The notes under the pieces were generated by a model. The model did no database searches and had not been told where the DNA came from. It saw only the letters and a list, made by a program, of their open reading frames with translations. The translations under genes were made by a program, and so were the position numbers. Below are positions 1-12,061 of a stretch of 64,000 nucleotides of DNA, one piece after another. The stretch comes from Octopus vulgaris (lineage: Eukaryota): positions 128,092,001-128,156,000 of the forward strand of contig OX597819.1 in assembly GCA_951406725.2 (NCBI GenBank), given 5' to 3'. Each line of letters starts with the position of its first letter. The stretch's first letter is position 1.

Positions 1-360
1 TGTGTGTATAATGTGTGTGTATGTGCATATATATTATATACATGTATGTATGTATGAATGTTTAATGAATATCCATGAGAGACGAAACGTAATTATGATG
101 AACTTTAACGTCGTTTTAATGCGATTATTTTTGAAATATAAATATATAAGGTCAAAGACTTTTATAGAGTACAGTTGAAACTGTAAATAACGGGGGTGTT
201 GTTTCAATTACGGAATATAATCCACCAAATTCGCATTAAATCTTTATGAGCATAAGTTGGTGTAAACGCTTGCTTAATGTTTAGAACAAGAAACGACAAA
301 AGAAGGTTAAATATGTAATAAAGGAAAACTAGAAGTAGTGATCATTATAATTTCACAGTA

Positions 361-590
361 CCTATTTCTTTACTACCCACAAGGGGCTAAACACAGAGGG
401 GACAAACAAGGACAGACAAACGGATTAAGTCGATTATATCGACCCCAGTGCGTAACTGGTACTTAATTTATCGACCCCGAAAGGATGAAAGGCAAAGTCG
501 ACCTCGGCGGAATTTGAACTCAGAACGTAACGGCAGATGAAATACGGCAACGCATTTCGCCCGGCGTGCTAACGTTTCTGCCAACTCGCC
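361..590 (-). mobile_element. tRNA-derived SINE, family A, full length
   Basis: Minus strand starts GGCGAGTTGGCAGAAACGTTAGC, has a B-box GAGTTCAAATTCC, a central GCCTTTCATCCTTTCGGGGTCGATAAA block and a 3' end GGGTAGTAAAGAAATAGG. Flanked by ~9-bp repeat cacagtacc. More than 10 related copies in the window. Confidence 0.9.
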
Positions 591-1046
591 ACAGTACCGT
601 CAGCGCATCGGTTTGCGCCATCAAGTTTACTGCACTTTACATTCTGCGCTCAAATCCTGTTGGGCTCAACTTTGAATTCCAACCGCCTTGGTATCAGTTC
701 GTTCAATACTACTACATATTCGTGAAATAACCGTGTAAGTGGCAAAGCATTTTACCGACGTGTCTGCGTCAACATAATTCTCCACCCTAATCAGCGTGAC
801 ACAAAGTGTGACATCACTCGATATTTCACTTCGCGGTTGAGCTCATGTGATAGGCTTCTACAGACTTTTGATCTACCAAGTTTCAAACAGACATAAGCTT
901 TGAGTCATCCGGAAACTCCAAGGTTGCAGTTGAAATAGCCTGTCTTCGTGCATATTCTGTATTCTTATGGGGAAAACGTGTGGAAACAGTCTTGGGGCGT
1001 TCTATGGGACGACCTACATGAGATAATACATACATACATACATACA

Positions 1047-1125
<79 letters not shown>

Positions 1126-1179
1126 TAAAAACACAAGATAAATATATATAGAATAAAAAAAACAAATAAAATATGTCCC

Positions 1180-2664
1180 GTAAATGATGTCCTATCTGAA
1201 TCTCAATGTGGCTTCCGATCTGGTAGAGGGACAATGGATATGATTTTCACAGCAAGACAGATGCAGAAGGAGTGCTATGAGCAGAATATGGATCTTGTCC
1301 AGGTATTCATTGATTTAACTAAGGCCTTTTCTATGGAAAATACTTGTCAAACTTGGATGTCCGGATCACTTTGTATCTATAATTAAATCATTTCATGATG
1401 GGATGGAGGCTTGGGTCAATGCTGGTGGTGCCATGGCGGGACCCATTCCTGTAGAGAATGGTGTCAAGCAGGGTGACATCCTTGCCCCAACTCTCTTTTC
1501 TTTGTACTTTGCTGCTGCTTTTACTCATGCTTTTGCTAAGGTTAGCTCTCTGGGAATATATGTCAGATATCGATCTTCTGGGCGCCTCTTTAATCTTCGC
1601 CGATTTGCTGCCGATTCAAAGGTTCCCCAGTCTATTATTCGTGACCTCCGTTATGCAGATGACTGTGACTTAGTCACTCATACAGTGGATGACATGCAAA
1701 TACTCATGAATTGCATTTCTGCTTCTTGCAGGGCATTTGGACTCAGCATTAGCCTGGACAAGACTGTCGTAATGTTCCAGCCTGCACCAGGAATTCCACA
1801 TATAGAACCAGCTATCTTGGTTGAAGGAACAATTCTGAAGGTAGTAGACAAGTTTGTCTACCTGGGCAGCACACTCAGCTGTTCTTGCTCCCTGGATGAA
1901 GAAATATCTTTCAGGTTGCAGAGAGCAACTAATTCCTTCCGGTCTCTTCAATCTCGCGTATGGTACCAACATGGCATCGCAAGGAGAACAAAAGTTGCTG
2001 GGTACCGTGCTTGTGTACTAACATCGCTTCTCTACTCATGTGAGACATGGACTCTGTACAAACGTCAGGTAAGGGTCCTTGAACGTTTTCATCAGAGATG
2101 TCTCAGACACATTCTCAATGTTGGCTGGACCTCAAAAATTCCAGGCACACAGATCCTGAGGACAGCTGATATCTTGAGTATTGAGGCGATGGTGCACAAG
2201 CACCGGTTGCTTTGGACTGGACACCTTATTAGAATGAAGGATAGAAGGGTTCCTAAGCAGATGCTCTATGGAGAACTTGTGAATGGAAGGAGACTCTGGC
2301 AGAAACCAAGGCTGCGATTTAAGGACTGTGTCAAGTCCTCATTAAAGGCCTATGATATGCAGGGCACTGACTGGGAGAAGAATGCCTGTCAGCGCCACAG
2401 ATAGAGGAAGCAGGTTAAGGAGGGGATCGACACTTTTGAGAGAGTACGTATCCAGCATGAAGAACTTAAGCGAGCTGCGCAAAAGCGCACGGCTCGAGTA
2501 GTGAATGGGGAAAGGTTAGTTTGCAATGTTTGCAGTCGTGTATGCTTGTCAAGAGCAGGGCTCATTAGCCAACAACCGAGCCGCAAATGCAAAGTATAAG
2601 TTAGTGATAGAGCGCACAATGTTCCTGAAGGTCGGCAATGGTCTTCCTCGGTCACGAGTGGACG

Positions 2665-2670
<6 letters not shown>
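1180..2670 (+). mobile_element. 5'-truncated RTE-clade (BovB-like) LINE: RT domain, C-terminal Zn finger, 3' tail; disrupted
   Basis: Motifs QCGFRSGRGTMDMIF..FIDLTKAF upstream of ORF 1403-2404, then GVKQGDILAP, YADD, FVYLGS, LLYSCETW, LYGEL..G.R..KPRLRFKD, and CNVCSRVCLSRAGL after a stop. Ends in (TA)n. Confidence 0.93.
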
Positions 2671-2710
<40 letters not shown>

Positions 2711-2718
<8 letters not shown>

Positions 2719-3054
2719 ATGAGGGTGTCTAAAAGACACCAACATGCCGAAATATGTACCCTTGATATATTCAATTGATGACGGTAAAGCTTATCTAAAG
2801 CAGAACCAGAAATCCTTGGATCTTGAATTATTCAATAATTTTTGCTTGTATGTTTTGTCCCTCCGCTTTACCTCATGGTGCGATATGAACATTTAACATG
2901 GTTTTATAGTCAGAGTTTTGACTGCTATTTCGGCATGTTGGTGTCTTTTAGACACCCTCATTTTTAATTGTTAAAAATTTTTTTACCTTTATAAGGTATT
3001 TCTTTCATGCTGGCCACTTGATAATTTCGACACTTAAATATCGATATTATCCTC
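2711..3054 (-). mobile_element. Fold-back element, class II (GAAATAGCAGTCAAA motif), between (TA)n tracts
   Basis: Perfect 44-bp inverted repeat 2711-2754 / 2926-2969; colinear diverged homolog at 42085-42290. Confidence 0.7.
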
Positions 3055-3113
<59 letters not shown>

Positions 3114-3119
3114 CATATA

Positions 3120-3528
<409 letters not shown>

Positions 3529-4583
3529 ATGTATATATACACTATGTATATACATATATATATATATATATATGTGCATATATATATATATATGTATATA
3601 CATGTATGCATGTATATGTATTATGTACGCATATGTATATATATATATATATCAAAATAAGCAACAAGGATATCCAGAGGTAATGCAGTACGATCGTTTC
3701 ATGCAACTCCATTTTACTGAACAATGCAATCATTACATCAATTTAAAATGTAGAGCAATCATCAGCTGCACAATGACATAGAATTTAATTAAATTAGAAC
3801 GGACGCAGTATAATTATACCTAAAATATCCAAGAAGTTAAGGAGATAGACAAAGAACATGTTGTACCTACAACAGCATAGTCGTAACTAAAATTTTCAAG
3901 GAGTCACTGCCTGTCACAGATTTTTTTTTTTTTTTATGTGGTCAGTTTTAATTTATAGACTAGTTTAACAAATCCCTTGTATATTTAAGGCTGAGAGAAA
4001 CAGAGGGCCGTATTTGTTTGGGTTAGAGTTGAGGGAGTAGACAGACATTCTTGTTGGTATAGTCATAAAAATCAAGATTTATTAGAAGCAATGTAATGAG
4101 GTTTAGTAAGGGAAAACTTAAAACAAGACGTTAGCTGATAATTAAGGGGTTGCCCATTAGCAGACTATTGAAAATAAAACAAAGGAAGTCTGATCATGTA
4201 GTATTATAGTTAAATACTTTAAACCAATGTTGCTATATTGTATACAGTTGAAGTTTAGGGTTATTCAAGAGATTATTAAGAGGAATATTGTAACAAAAGG
4301 ATAGAAATTTATGAATACTTTTGAGTATATATCAAACTTTTACCATAATAGAGGGAGGAAATGAAATTATATAGAAATAGTTTAATATTTATACATATTG
4401 TACACTTAAACTCATCAGAAGGTATCTGTGAATATTGATTAAATGATATTTACTGGTGTTAATAAAGGAGTATTGATGTAAAAGAACATGCTAATTATAT
4501 TTCATTTTTTATTTTATTTTATTTTATCTAGTTTCAGCTCATGAGCTGTGGCCATGCTGGAGCACCGCCATTAAAAAATACAT

Positions 4584-4656
4584 AGGTTCCAGCGAGTTTC
4601 GAACTCGCGACTTTCTGCGTGTTAAGTAGATGTGATAACCACTACACCATAGAACC
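4584..4656 (-). tRNA. tRNA-Val(AAC): tRNA-Val(AAC), possibly mildly decayed
   Basis: Cloverleaf GGTTCTA/TGGAACC acceptor stem, GTG/CAC D-stem, TCTAC-TTAACAC-GCAGA anticodon arm (one A.C mismatch), GCGAG-TTCGAAA-CTCGC T-arm; T6 run about 5 nt downstream. Confidence 0.85.
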
Positions 4657-5255
4657 ACTATATTAATAAAATTTTAATCTAAGCAGATTTCTTGTAAGTA
4701 GTATCAGTATAGTTTTATATAAGCTAAGTATGAATTTATAGAGATACAAAAACTTAGAATAATTTTATAAATAAAGTCTAATTATAAAATAATATAAAAT
4801 AATCAAGGACAGAACACCACAGAAAAATAAAATGGCTTAATTACTAATACTATGGTAAAGTATATGTAGCTTGTTCACCCATAGAGAAGATTTTTTAGAA
4901 AAAAAAATAATAATTCAAAATAAATTAGACTAAAAATTATATTCACTTATTTAGCTAATATCTATGTATATGTATGTATATAATATGTATGTATATATAT
5001 AACTGATGTTTGGTGTCGACTAAAGGAATATTTAATGCTATGGAACAATTCTATTTTGCACTAATCTTTTTTTTTTAAATTAAGGGTTATATTACAGGTT
5101 TAAGGTGTTATTATTATTCTCTACATGATAGTTATAGTTTCTTAGTGGTACTTGATTAGAAAGGTTATTTATATAAAGGTCCTTATAAATACTAAGATCA
5201 AATGATGAAATTATTTTACCATTTTCTATTTCCTACCTTGTCTTATTTTCCTTAT

Positions 5256-5338
<83 letters not shown>

Positions 5339-5600
5339 TGTATGTATGTATGCATGCATGTATGCATGCATGTATGCATGCATGTATGTACCTTAAGTAT
5401 TGGTAACGAAAGCAGTGTTAGTACAAAAAATATTCATTATATCCAAATCAATATGGATATTTCACTAGAACACCGAATACTGCGTTTTATATATACATGC
5501 ATATATATAATATACATATATGTATATACATAAATATGTATATATATGTATATACATAAATATATATATACATATATATTTATATATGTGTGTATTTATG

Positions 5601-5662
<62 letters not shown>

Positions 5663-5667
5663 CATAT

Positions 5668-6008
5668 GTGAAGGCGCATGGCTCAGTGGTTAGAGCGTCG
5701 AGTTTACGATCGTGAGGTTGTGAGCTCGAATCCCGGACCGGGCTGCGTGTTGTGTTCTTGAGCAAGGCACTTTATTTCACGTTACTCCAGTTCACTCAGC
5801 TGTAGAAATGAGTTGCGACGTCACAGGTGCCAAGCTGTATCGGCCCCTTTGCCTTTCCCTTGGATAACACTGGTGGCGTGGAGAGGGGAGGCTGGTATGC
5901 ATGGGCGACTGCTGGTCTTCCATAAACAACCTTGCCCGGACTTGTGTCTAGGAGGATAACTTTCTAGGTGCAATCCCATGGTCATTCATGACCGAAGGGG
6001 GTCTCTAA
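5668..6008 (+). mobile_element. tRNA-derived CORE-type SINE, family C
   Basis: A-box TGGCTCAGTGG, B-box-like GCTCGAATCCC, CORE-like TTCTTGAGCAAGGCACTT; 12-bp TSD atagtgacatat at 5656-5667 and 6009-6020. Confidence 0.88.
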
Positions 6009-6673
6009 ATAGTGACATATACACATATCAAAAGATAATAGATACATGCATACAAACATGCAACTACGTAGTGTTCTTTGTAAATAAAAATAAAGTTGTG
6101 CAATACCAATGCACTCACGACACGGGACCGTTTTAGACATTGCTTATAGTCGAAAGGCAGCTGCTTTACATTATTCCTGCCTCATTCTACACATGCACAT
6201 ACATACACATACATGCAGTCGCATACATACATACATACATAAACACACACACATATATATATGTATATATATATATATATATTATAGTGTCGGTGATTCA
6301 ATAGGTTTTAAATGTCTCATGTTAGTTCTTCCTTTCGTAAAGCAAAATAAATATTATGATATAAACTAGATACTTGTCTCTCAGTGCTGCGCATATTTTG
6401 AATTGCCCAAAGTAAACATCAACATACAGGCACATGCGCACATAGAAAAATATAAACACTCTCACACACACACACAGACACACACACACACACACATGTT
6501 TGGGAGAGAAATTACTGGAGTTGGGGAGAATCAAGATGTTTAATGTATTCTGTTAACACCTGTTATAACAGTGGGGTGATAACTCAGTAGTTGTAACTGT
6601 AAGGAATGGTTTGTTCCTAGAAGAATATCACAAGTCACACCGAGGCATAGACATATGCACAAGCACACTCACA

Positions 6674-6966
<293 letters not shown>

Positions 6967-6999
6967 ACACATATATGTGTGTGTGTGTGTATGTATGTG

Positions 7000-7276
7000 T
7001 GGAGGCGCAATGGCCCGGTGGTTAGGGCAGCGGACTCGCAGTCGGAGGATCGCGGTTTTGATTCCCAGACCGGGCGTTGTGAGTGTTTATTGTGCGAAAA
7101 CACCTAAATCTCCGCGAGGCTCCGGCAGGAGGTGGTGGTGATCCCTGCTGTACAACTTTCTCTCACTCTTTCTTCTGTTGGCCTGCTCGCTTAGCCAGCA
7201 GGGTGGCGTCATTGAAGGCTAAAACAATGCGAAGCGCATTGTGACCTGGTCGGTCACGTTGTCACGTGATCACGTG

Positions 7277-7277
<1 letters not shown>
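7000..7277 (+). mobile_element. tRNA-derived SINE, family B
   Basis: Head GGAGGCGCAATGGCCCGGTGGTTAGGGCAGCGGACTCGC shared with copies at 9228, 11555 and 45703. Confidence 0.85.
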
Positions 7278-7308
<31 letters not shown>

Positions 7309-7310
7309 CA

Positions 7311-7863
7311 GGTCACTTTCGAGTGCTACTGGTAACATGTAACCCAGTACAACCTGTTGCATGGTCGGGTCGTCGGCGACTAAACCGGCAACCCCACCAA
7401 GCCTGCTTGGTGAGGAGGGTGTTTATTGGTCACCCTGTTAGGTGAAAAACAAAACCCGTCAAAGGGCGGAGGAACTCTTGAGAGTCAACGGACATCCAAT
7501 AAATGTCTTAAGGCTGTATCATGCGCAGGGACATAGAAATAATCGGACTGAATACCCGATCGCGCGGTTAAACCATTGGGAGTGAAGGACTCCTAGCCTT
7601 TGTTAGGGTATCCTTCTAGGAGAAGGTAACTCAGGTAACTGGGATAACTCTGACATAAAACCTGCAGCTCAGTGGTTACCGATGATGTTGACTTGTTCTT
7701 CTTTTTGGATTATGGCTGCTGTTGCTTAGTGAGTGGGATTGACTCAGTGCACAACCTTTCCTCACTTTATAAAAAATATCTTCTTGCACAGGTATTGCAC
7801 GATAACAACATTGATTAAGCTTCGTGCAATGACCATACTCGATAACGAGGGGGCAGCCACCAT
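7311..7863 (+). mobile_element. Non-autonomous RTE derivative (5'UTR-like part plus RTE-type 3' tail) between (TATG)n tracts
   Basis: 3' end gcaatgaccatactcgataacgagggggcagccaccat aligns with the RTE tail at 2635-2672 (gcaatggtcttcctcggtcacgagtggacggccatcat); GC-rich structured 5' part; no RT ORF. Confidence 0.65.
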
Positions 7864-8817
7864 GTATGTATGTATGTATGTATGTATGTATGAAGAAAAG
7901 AAGGGATTAAAAATCCAGGCAGATATCAACAAACCGCTCAGTATTAAACGCATTTTGTTAACTATATCCAACAATCAGACACCAATAAAAGCAATTAGGA
8001 CACATATCGAAGGTAATTCTTCATGTATGACAAGTAGATCCGAGCATCATTTAGAAGAATTTCGAGAAATTTCAAACGTATTAGACAACAAAAATACGCA
8101 TAGAGAAATCATATCTTTAATTGTTGACTTCATCTTAGAAAGTCAACAACTGTTTTAGTTGTATTAACATATTTATATATAGCAAATACCATTGAAATTA
8201 ATATTCCGGAAAATTCCTGTTAACACAACGCTTCCAAGGCGATACAAAATTAGTTAAATTCTACGTGAACTAAGGAAATATATCCAGTACACGAAGGCAT
8301 ATAAAAAAAGAACGCTAAGAAGAAATCTAAGGAAAGCTATATTTATATTTAGCTATTGGTGATGTCAGTGGATAAGGAAAGACAAAAAAATAAACCTAAG
8401 AATTCTACGTTACGACAATTAGAAACACAGAGGTTCTACGTTTAGTTATCTTTTTATTAAATATAGAAAACATTTTAGCAAAGTTATGGTGTTATTATAT
8501 AACGTATGAAAAGTAATTATAATTCAGATTTGAAATATTTAAATGGCTTCCGAAATTTGTGGTAACATTTCATTGTAAAATTCCCATTGAAATTTAATAA
8601 AATTAATTTACAAGTAATTGCATGATACATTTTTGTTCATGACAAAAATAACCATATTGTACGATGATGCGTAACTAATAATGGACCATTATAAATCATA
8701 CTTAAAGTTCCTATCTTTTAAATCCTTGATGCATTTACTTGTTTAGTAGGATTAGCTTTCTTGTATGCTTAAAGGAGTGTAGATTTCGAAATTGTAGTAG
8801 TTGGACCTATGTAGTAA

Positions 8818-8962
8818 TACTGAATTTGTCTTATGAAGAAAGGCTGAAGACGCTCGACCTTTATTCTCTAGAAAAACGCCGCCGCCGTGGTGATCTCATT
8901 CTCGCCCACAACATCATAAGCGGAAAGTGTAACCTCTCTAAAGAGCTGTTCTTCACTCCTGT
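8818..8962 (+). pseudogene. Short CR1/L2-group LINE ORF2 C-terminal fragment
   Basis: LSYEERLKTLDLYSLEKRRRRGDLILAHNII, the typical LSYEERL..L.SL..RR.RGDLI motif. Confidence 0.8.
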
Positions 8963-9227
8963 TCTTCACTCATATAGCTTATATATCTGCCTAGAATACT
9001 TGTTTCTAGCATTGGGACAAGACCTGAAATATAAGACGAGAGGTTGTCAATACCATTTCCACCAGTACTTCAATGGTACTTTAATGTATCGACCCACGAA
9101 ATTATGTATGGCTATGGTGAAATTTGAACTCTGACCGAAACAGCCCGTAGAAATACCGCAACGCATTTGTCTTACACAGCCGCTTCTGTCTATCCATCGC
9201 TTATTCATAGATGTATTAGTTTTGAAA

Positions 9228-9625
9228 GTGGAGGCGCAATGGCCCAGTGGTTAGGGCAGCGGACTCGCGGTCGTAGGATCGCGGTCGTAGGATCGCGGTT
9301 TCGATTCCCAGACCGGGCGTTGTGAGTGTTTATTGAGCGAAAAACACCTAAAGCTCCACGAGGCTCCGGCAGGGGATGGTGATGATCCCTGCTGTACTCT
9401 TTCACCACAACTTTCTCTCACTCTTACTTCCTGTTTCTGTTGTACCTGTATTTCAAAGGGCCGGCCTTGTCACTCTCTGTGTCATGCTGAATATCCCCGA
9501 GAACTACGTTAAGGGTACACGTGTCTGTGGAGTGCTCAGCCACTTACACGTTAATTTCACGAGTAGGCTGTTCCGTTGATCGGATCAACCGGAACCCTCG
9601 TCGTCGTAACCGACGGAGTGCTTCC
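9228..9625 (+). mobile_element. SINE family B with 26-bp TSD
   Basis: TSD tattcatagatgtattagttttgaaa at 9202-9227 and 9626-9651; internal 14-bp tandem duplication in the head. Confidence 0.92.
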
Positions 9626-9923
9626 TATTCATAGATGTATTAGTTTTGAAAATATTTACAATAATAATGAAATACCTGTAACCCATATAGACGTTAATCC
9701 CCAATTTACGATGTTAATACATCGTACATTACAAATTCTAGCCAGTGTGAAAATGCAAAATATCTTGGAAACGTCGACGCTATACAGAAACTAATTATAC
9801 GAAAATAATTGTTTTTGAAAATAACGAGTGACTAGTCTCTTATAAATTCGATAAAAGACTCATTGACTATTATATTGGTTTAATAGATATAAATTTAATA
9901 CTGGAAATCATAAAGCGGAATAA

Positions 9924-10356
9924 GGATCTTTTCAGTTTGAACGGCAGTTTTTTCTAGCGGTCTCATATGAAATTGTCACCCATAATTATGACCCTAGTAT
10001 CGATCTATTGCATTTCAATCTGTTTTAGGGTTACGGTTAGTTAGGGTTAGGGTTAGGGTTAGGGGTGGGGGGAAGGGTATCTTTTTTTCTTCACAAATGT
10101 AAATAAACCCAATCTGTTTCTTAAACGAGGGACATATTCATACGGCACAGAATGTTTTTTACCTCAATAGATGTCAGTGATTGGTTTAAATTGCAGAAAT
10201 TGAAGAAAAAAACCAACAAATATCTTACAAGCTATAGAATTTTCTCAATAAAGCCAAGATATATTTTATAAACACATTCTACCAGTATACGAAGTTTAAA
10301 ATGTTTAGTTACGTGGAAATTATTTTTTAAAACTGCCGGTCAAACCGAAAAGATCC
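9924..10356. mobile_element. MITE with ~29-bp TIRs, 9-bp TSD (Mutator-like) and internal (TTAGGG)n
   Basis: GGATCTTTTCAGTTTGAACGGCAGTTTT ... AAAACTGCCGGTCAAACCGAAAAGATCC; flanks gcggaataa (9915-9923) and gaggaataa (10357-10365). Confidence 0.85.
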
Positions 10357-11295
10357 GAGGAATAAAAATGTAAGTTTAAAGGTTTAAACATAAAATGTTG
10401 TTTATAGAAGAATATAAAAAATATATAAGAAAACTGCTTTTAGATTTAAAGGGAGATAGAGAAAAGGGAAAAACTACTCAAATTGTCACGCAACTTGGGC
10501 ACCTGATAGGATTATAAAGGCGCCATCATAACCGATGACATGCTTTGGGTACCTTTTTGTTTTGTGTGGTGAAGACCATCCCTCTGTAGATCTAATCACT
10601 GCCTACTTCTTCCAGAAAGCAAGAGAGATGGGGAGGGATGAACCGAACAATAACAGCAAACCCAAACTGAAAGAGAGATAATAAATTTAGAAATAATCAA
10701 TTAATTATAAAAAAAAACCTAAGGAAAATTTAGCAAGAATAATAATATTGAGGAACAGGAAAGAGGGGTGACTACGGCTGTTCTTAAATAATTCAATAAC
10801 TAAATATATATATAAAAAAAAAACAAATGATCACTGAAGTAATTTTATAAAGATAAAAACTTTTACAATTTACAATATGAAATATAAAATATAATAGCCA
10901 CTTTGAATTAACAACAGATAATATATATGTATATTAATATGTATATTACTATTTGTATATCCGTATACTACTTTAATATATGTGAGAATTATATTAAATT
11001 TTATAAGATGCGTGAAATATAAAAAAAAAATACAGATTTATATTGAAAGTTAAATAAAATAAAATACAAAGTTTAGGAATAAATTATTAAAGTGATGGAA
11101 GTTACGAATAATGAAGTAAGAAAACTAATATTTAAAAACAAAATTGAAAGAGGAGAGCATGTTATAGGATATAAAAGACGAAGATAATGAGGAAGGAAAG
11201 TGGATATATTGGGAAACGGAAACAGAAAAAGATAGAGTCAAACGGACATCCAGAAATTTATCATTGAAATCTTATAAAATTAACTGTATTTTAAT

Positions 11296-11515
11296 AACAA
11301 TTGCAGCGTGGAAGGTGTTTATAAGCCATTTAAGAAACACACAAAACCGTTAGATTCACTTCAACATTTAAATTTAATTTGTCGAAATGTTGAAGTGAAT
11401 CTAACGGTTTTTGTGTGTTTCTTAAATGGCTTATAAACACCTTCCACGCTGCAATTGTTTTCGTTTCAGCACACGATCTCAGATCAAGTCACTCGCTATG
11501 CAAGTACATCGCCGT
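11296..11515 (+). mobile_element. Fold-back element, class I (hammerhead family shared with 25484)
   Basis: ~74-bp inverted arms 11296-11369 / 11385-11459; homologous to 25525-25614. Confidence 0.75.
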
Positions 11516-11554
11516 AATTTATTTTAATATTTAAAGTAATGTATAAGAAGAAAG

Positions 11555-11805
11555 TGGAGGCGCAATGGCCCAGTGGTTAGGGCAGCGGACTTGCGGTCGG
11601 AGGATCGCGGTTTCGATTTCCAGACCGGGCGTTGTGTGTGTTTATTGAGCGAAAACACCTAAAAGTTCCACAAGCCTCTGTGTGGGGGTATTGGCGACAA
11701 CTTTTTCTCACTCTCTCTTCCTGTTTCTTAAGTTTCTGGCGTTCCGATCAGCTGGTGGGTGGGGGGACACATACGCCACAGAAACCGGGAAACCGGGCCC
11801 ATGAA
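11555..11805 (+). mobile_element. SINE family B, different 3' part
   Basis: Same head as the copies at 7000 and 9228. Confidence 0.8.
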
Positions 11806-12061
11806 AAAATTCCTATCGCATTGAGTATGATAAAAAAAATATTCATACAAATACATAGCAAAAACACCAGGACTAACAAGTATATAACACAAAAACTGGC
11901 ACTGCGAGGCACTGCACACATCCAGCGTAAAACACTTTCAAAATAATAAAAATGAGAGCATCAGAACAAAACCACAGCACATACCCAAGGTACACAGAGC
12001 TGCGCTCGGTAGTGCAGTGAAAGCACGTGATAAGAATTAGCCTACTGAATAACAGTAATAA

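Noticed and set aside
10025-10077. TTAGGG as a true telomere or fusion scar
   Set aside because: Only a few units, enclosed within MITE TIRs.
10478-10600. Possible gag-like zinc knuckles (C..LGH, LCGEDHPS)
   Set aside because: Needs several frameshifts; too degenerate to support.
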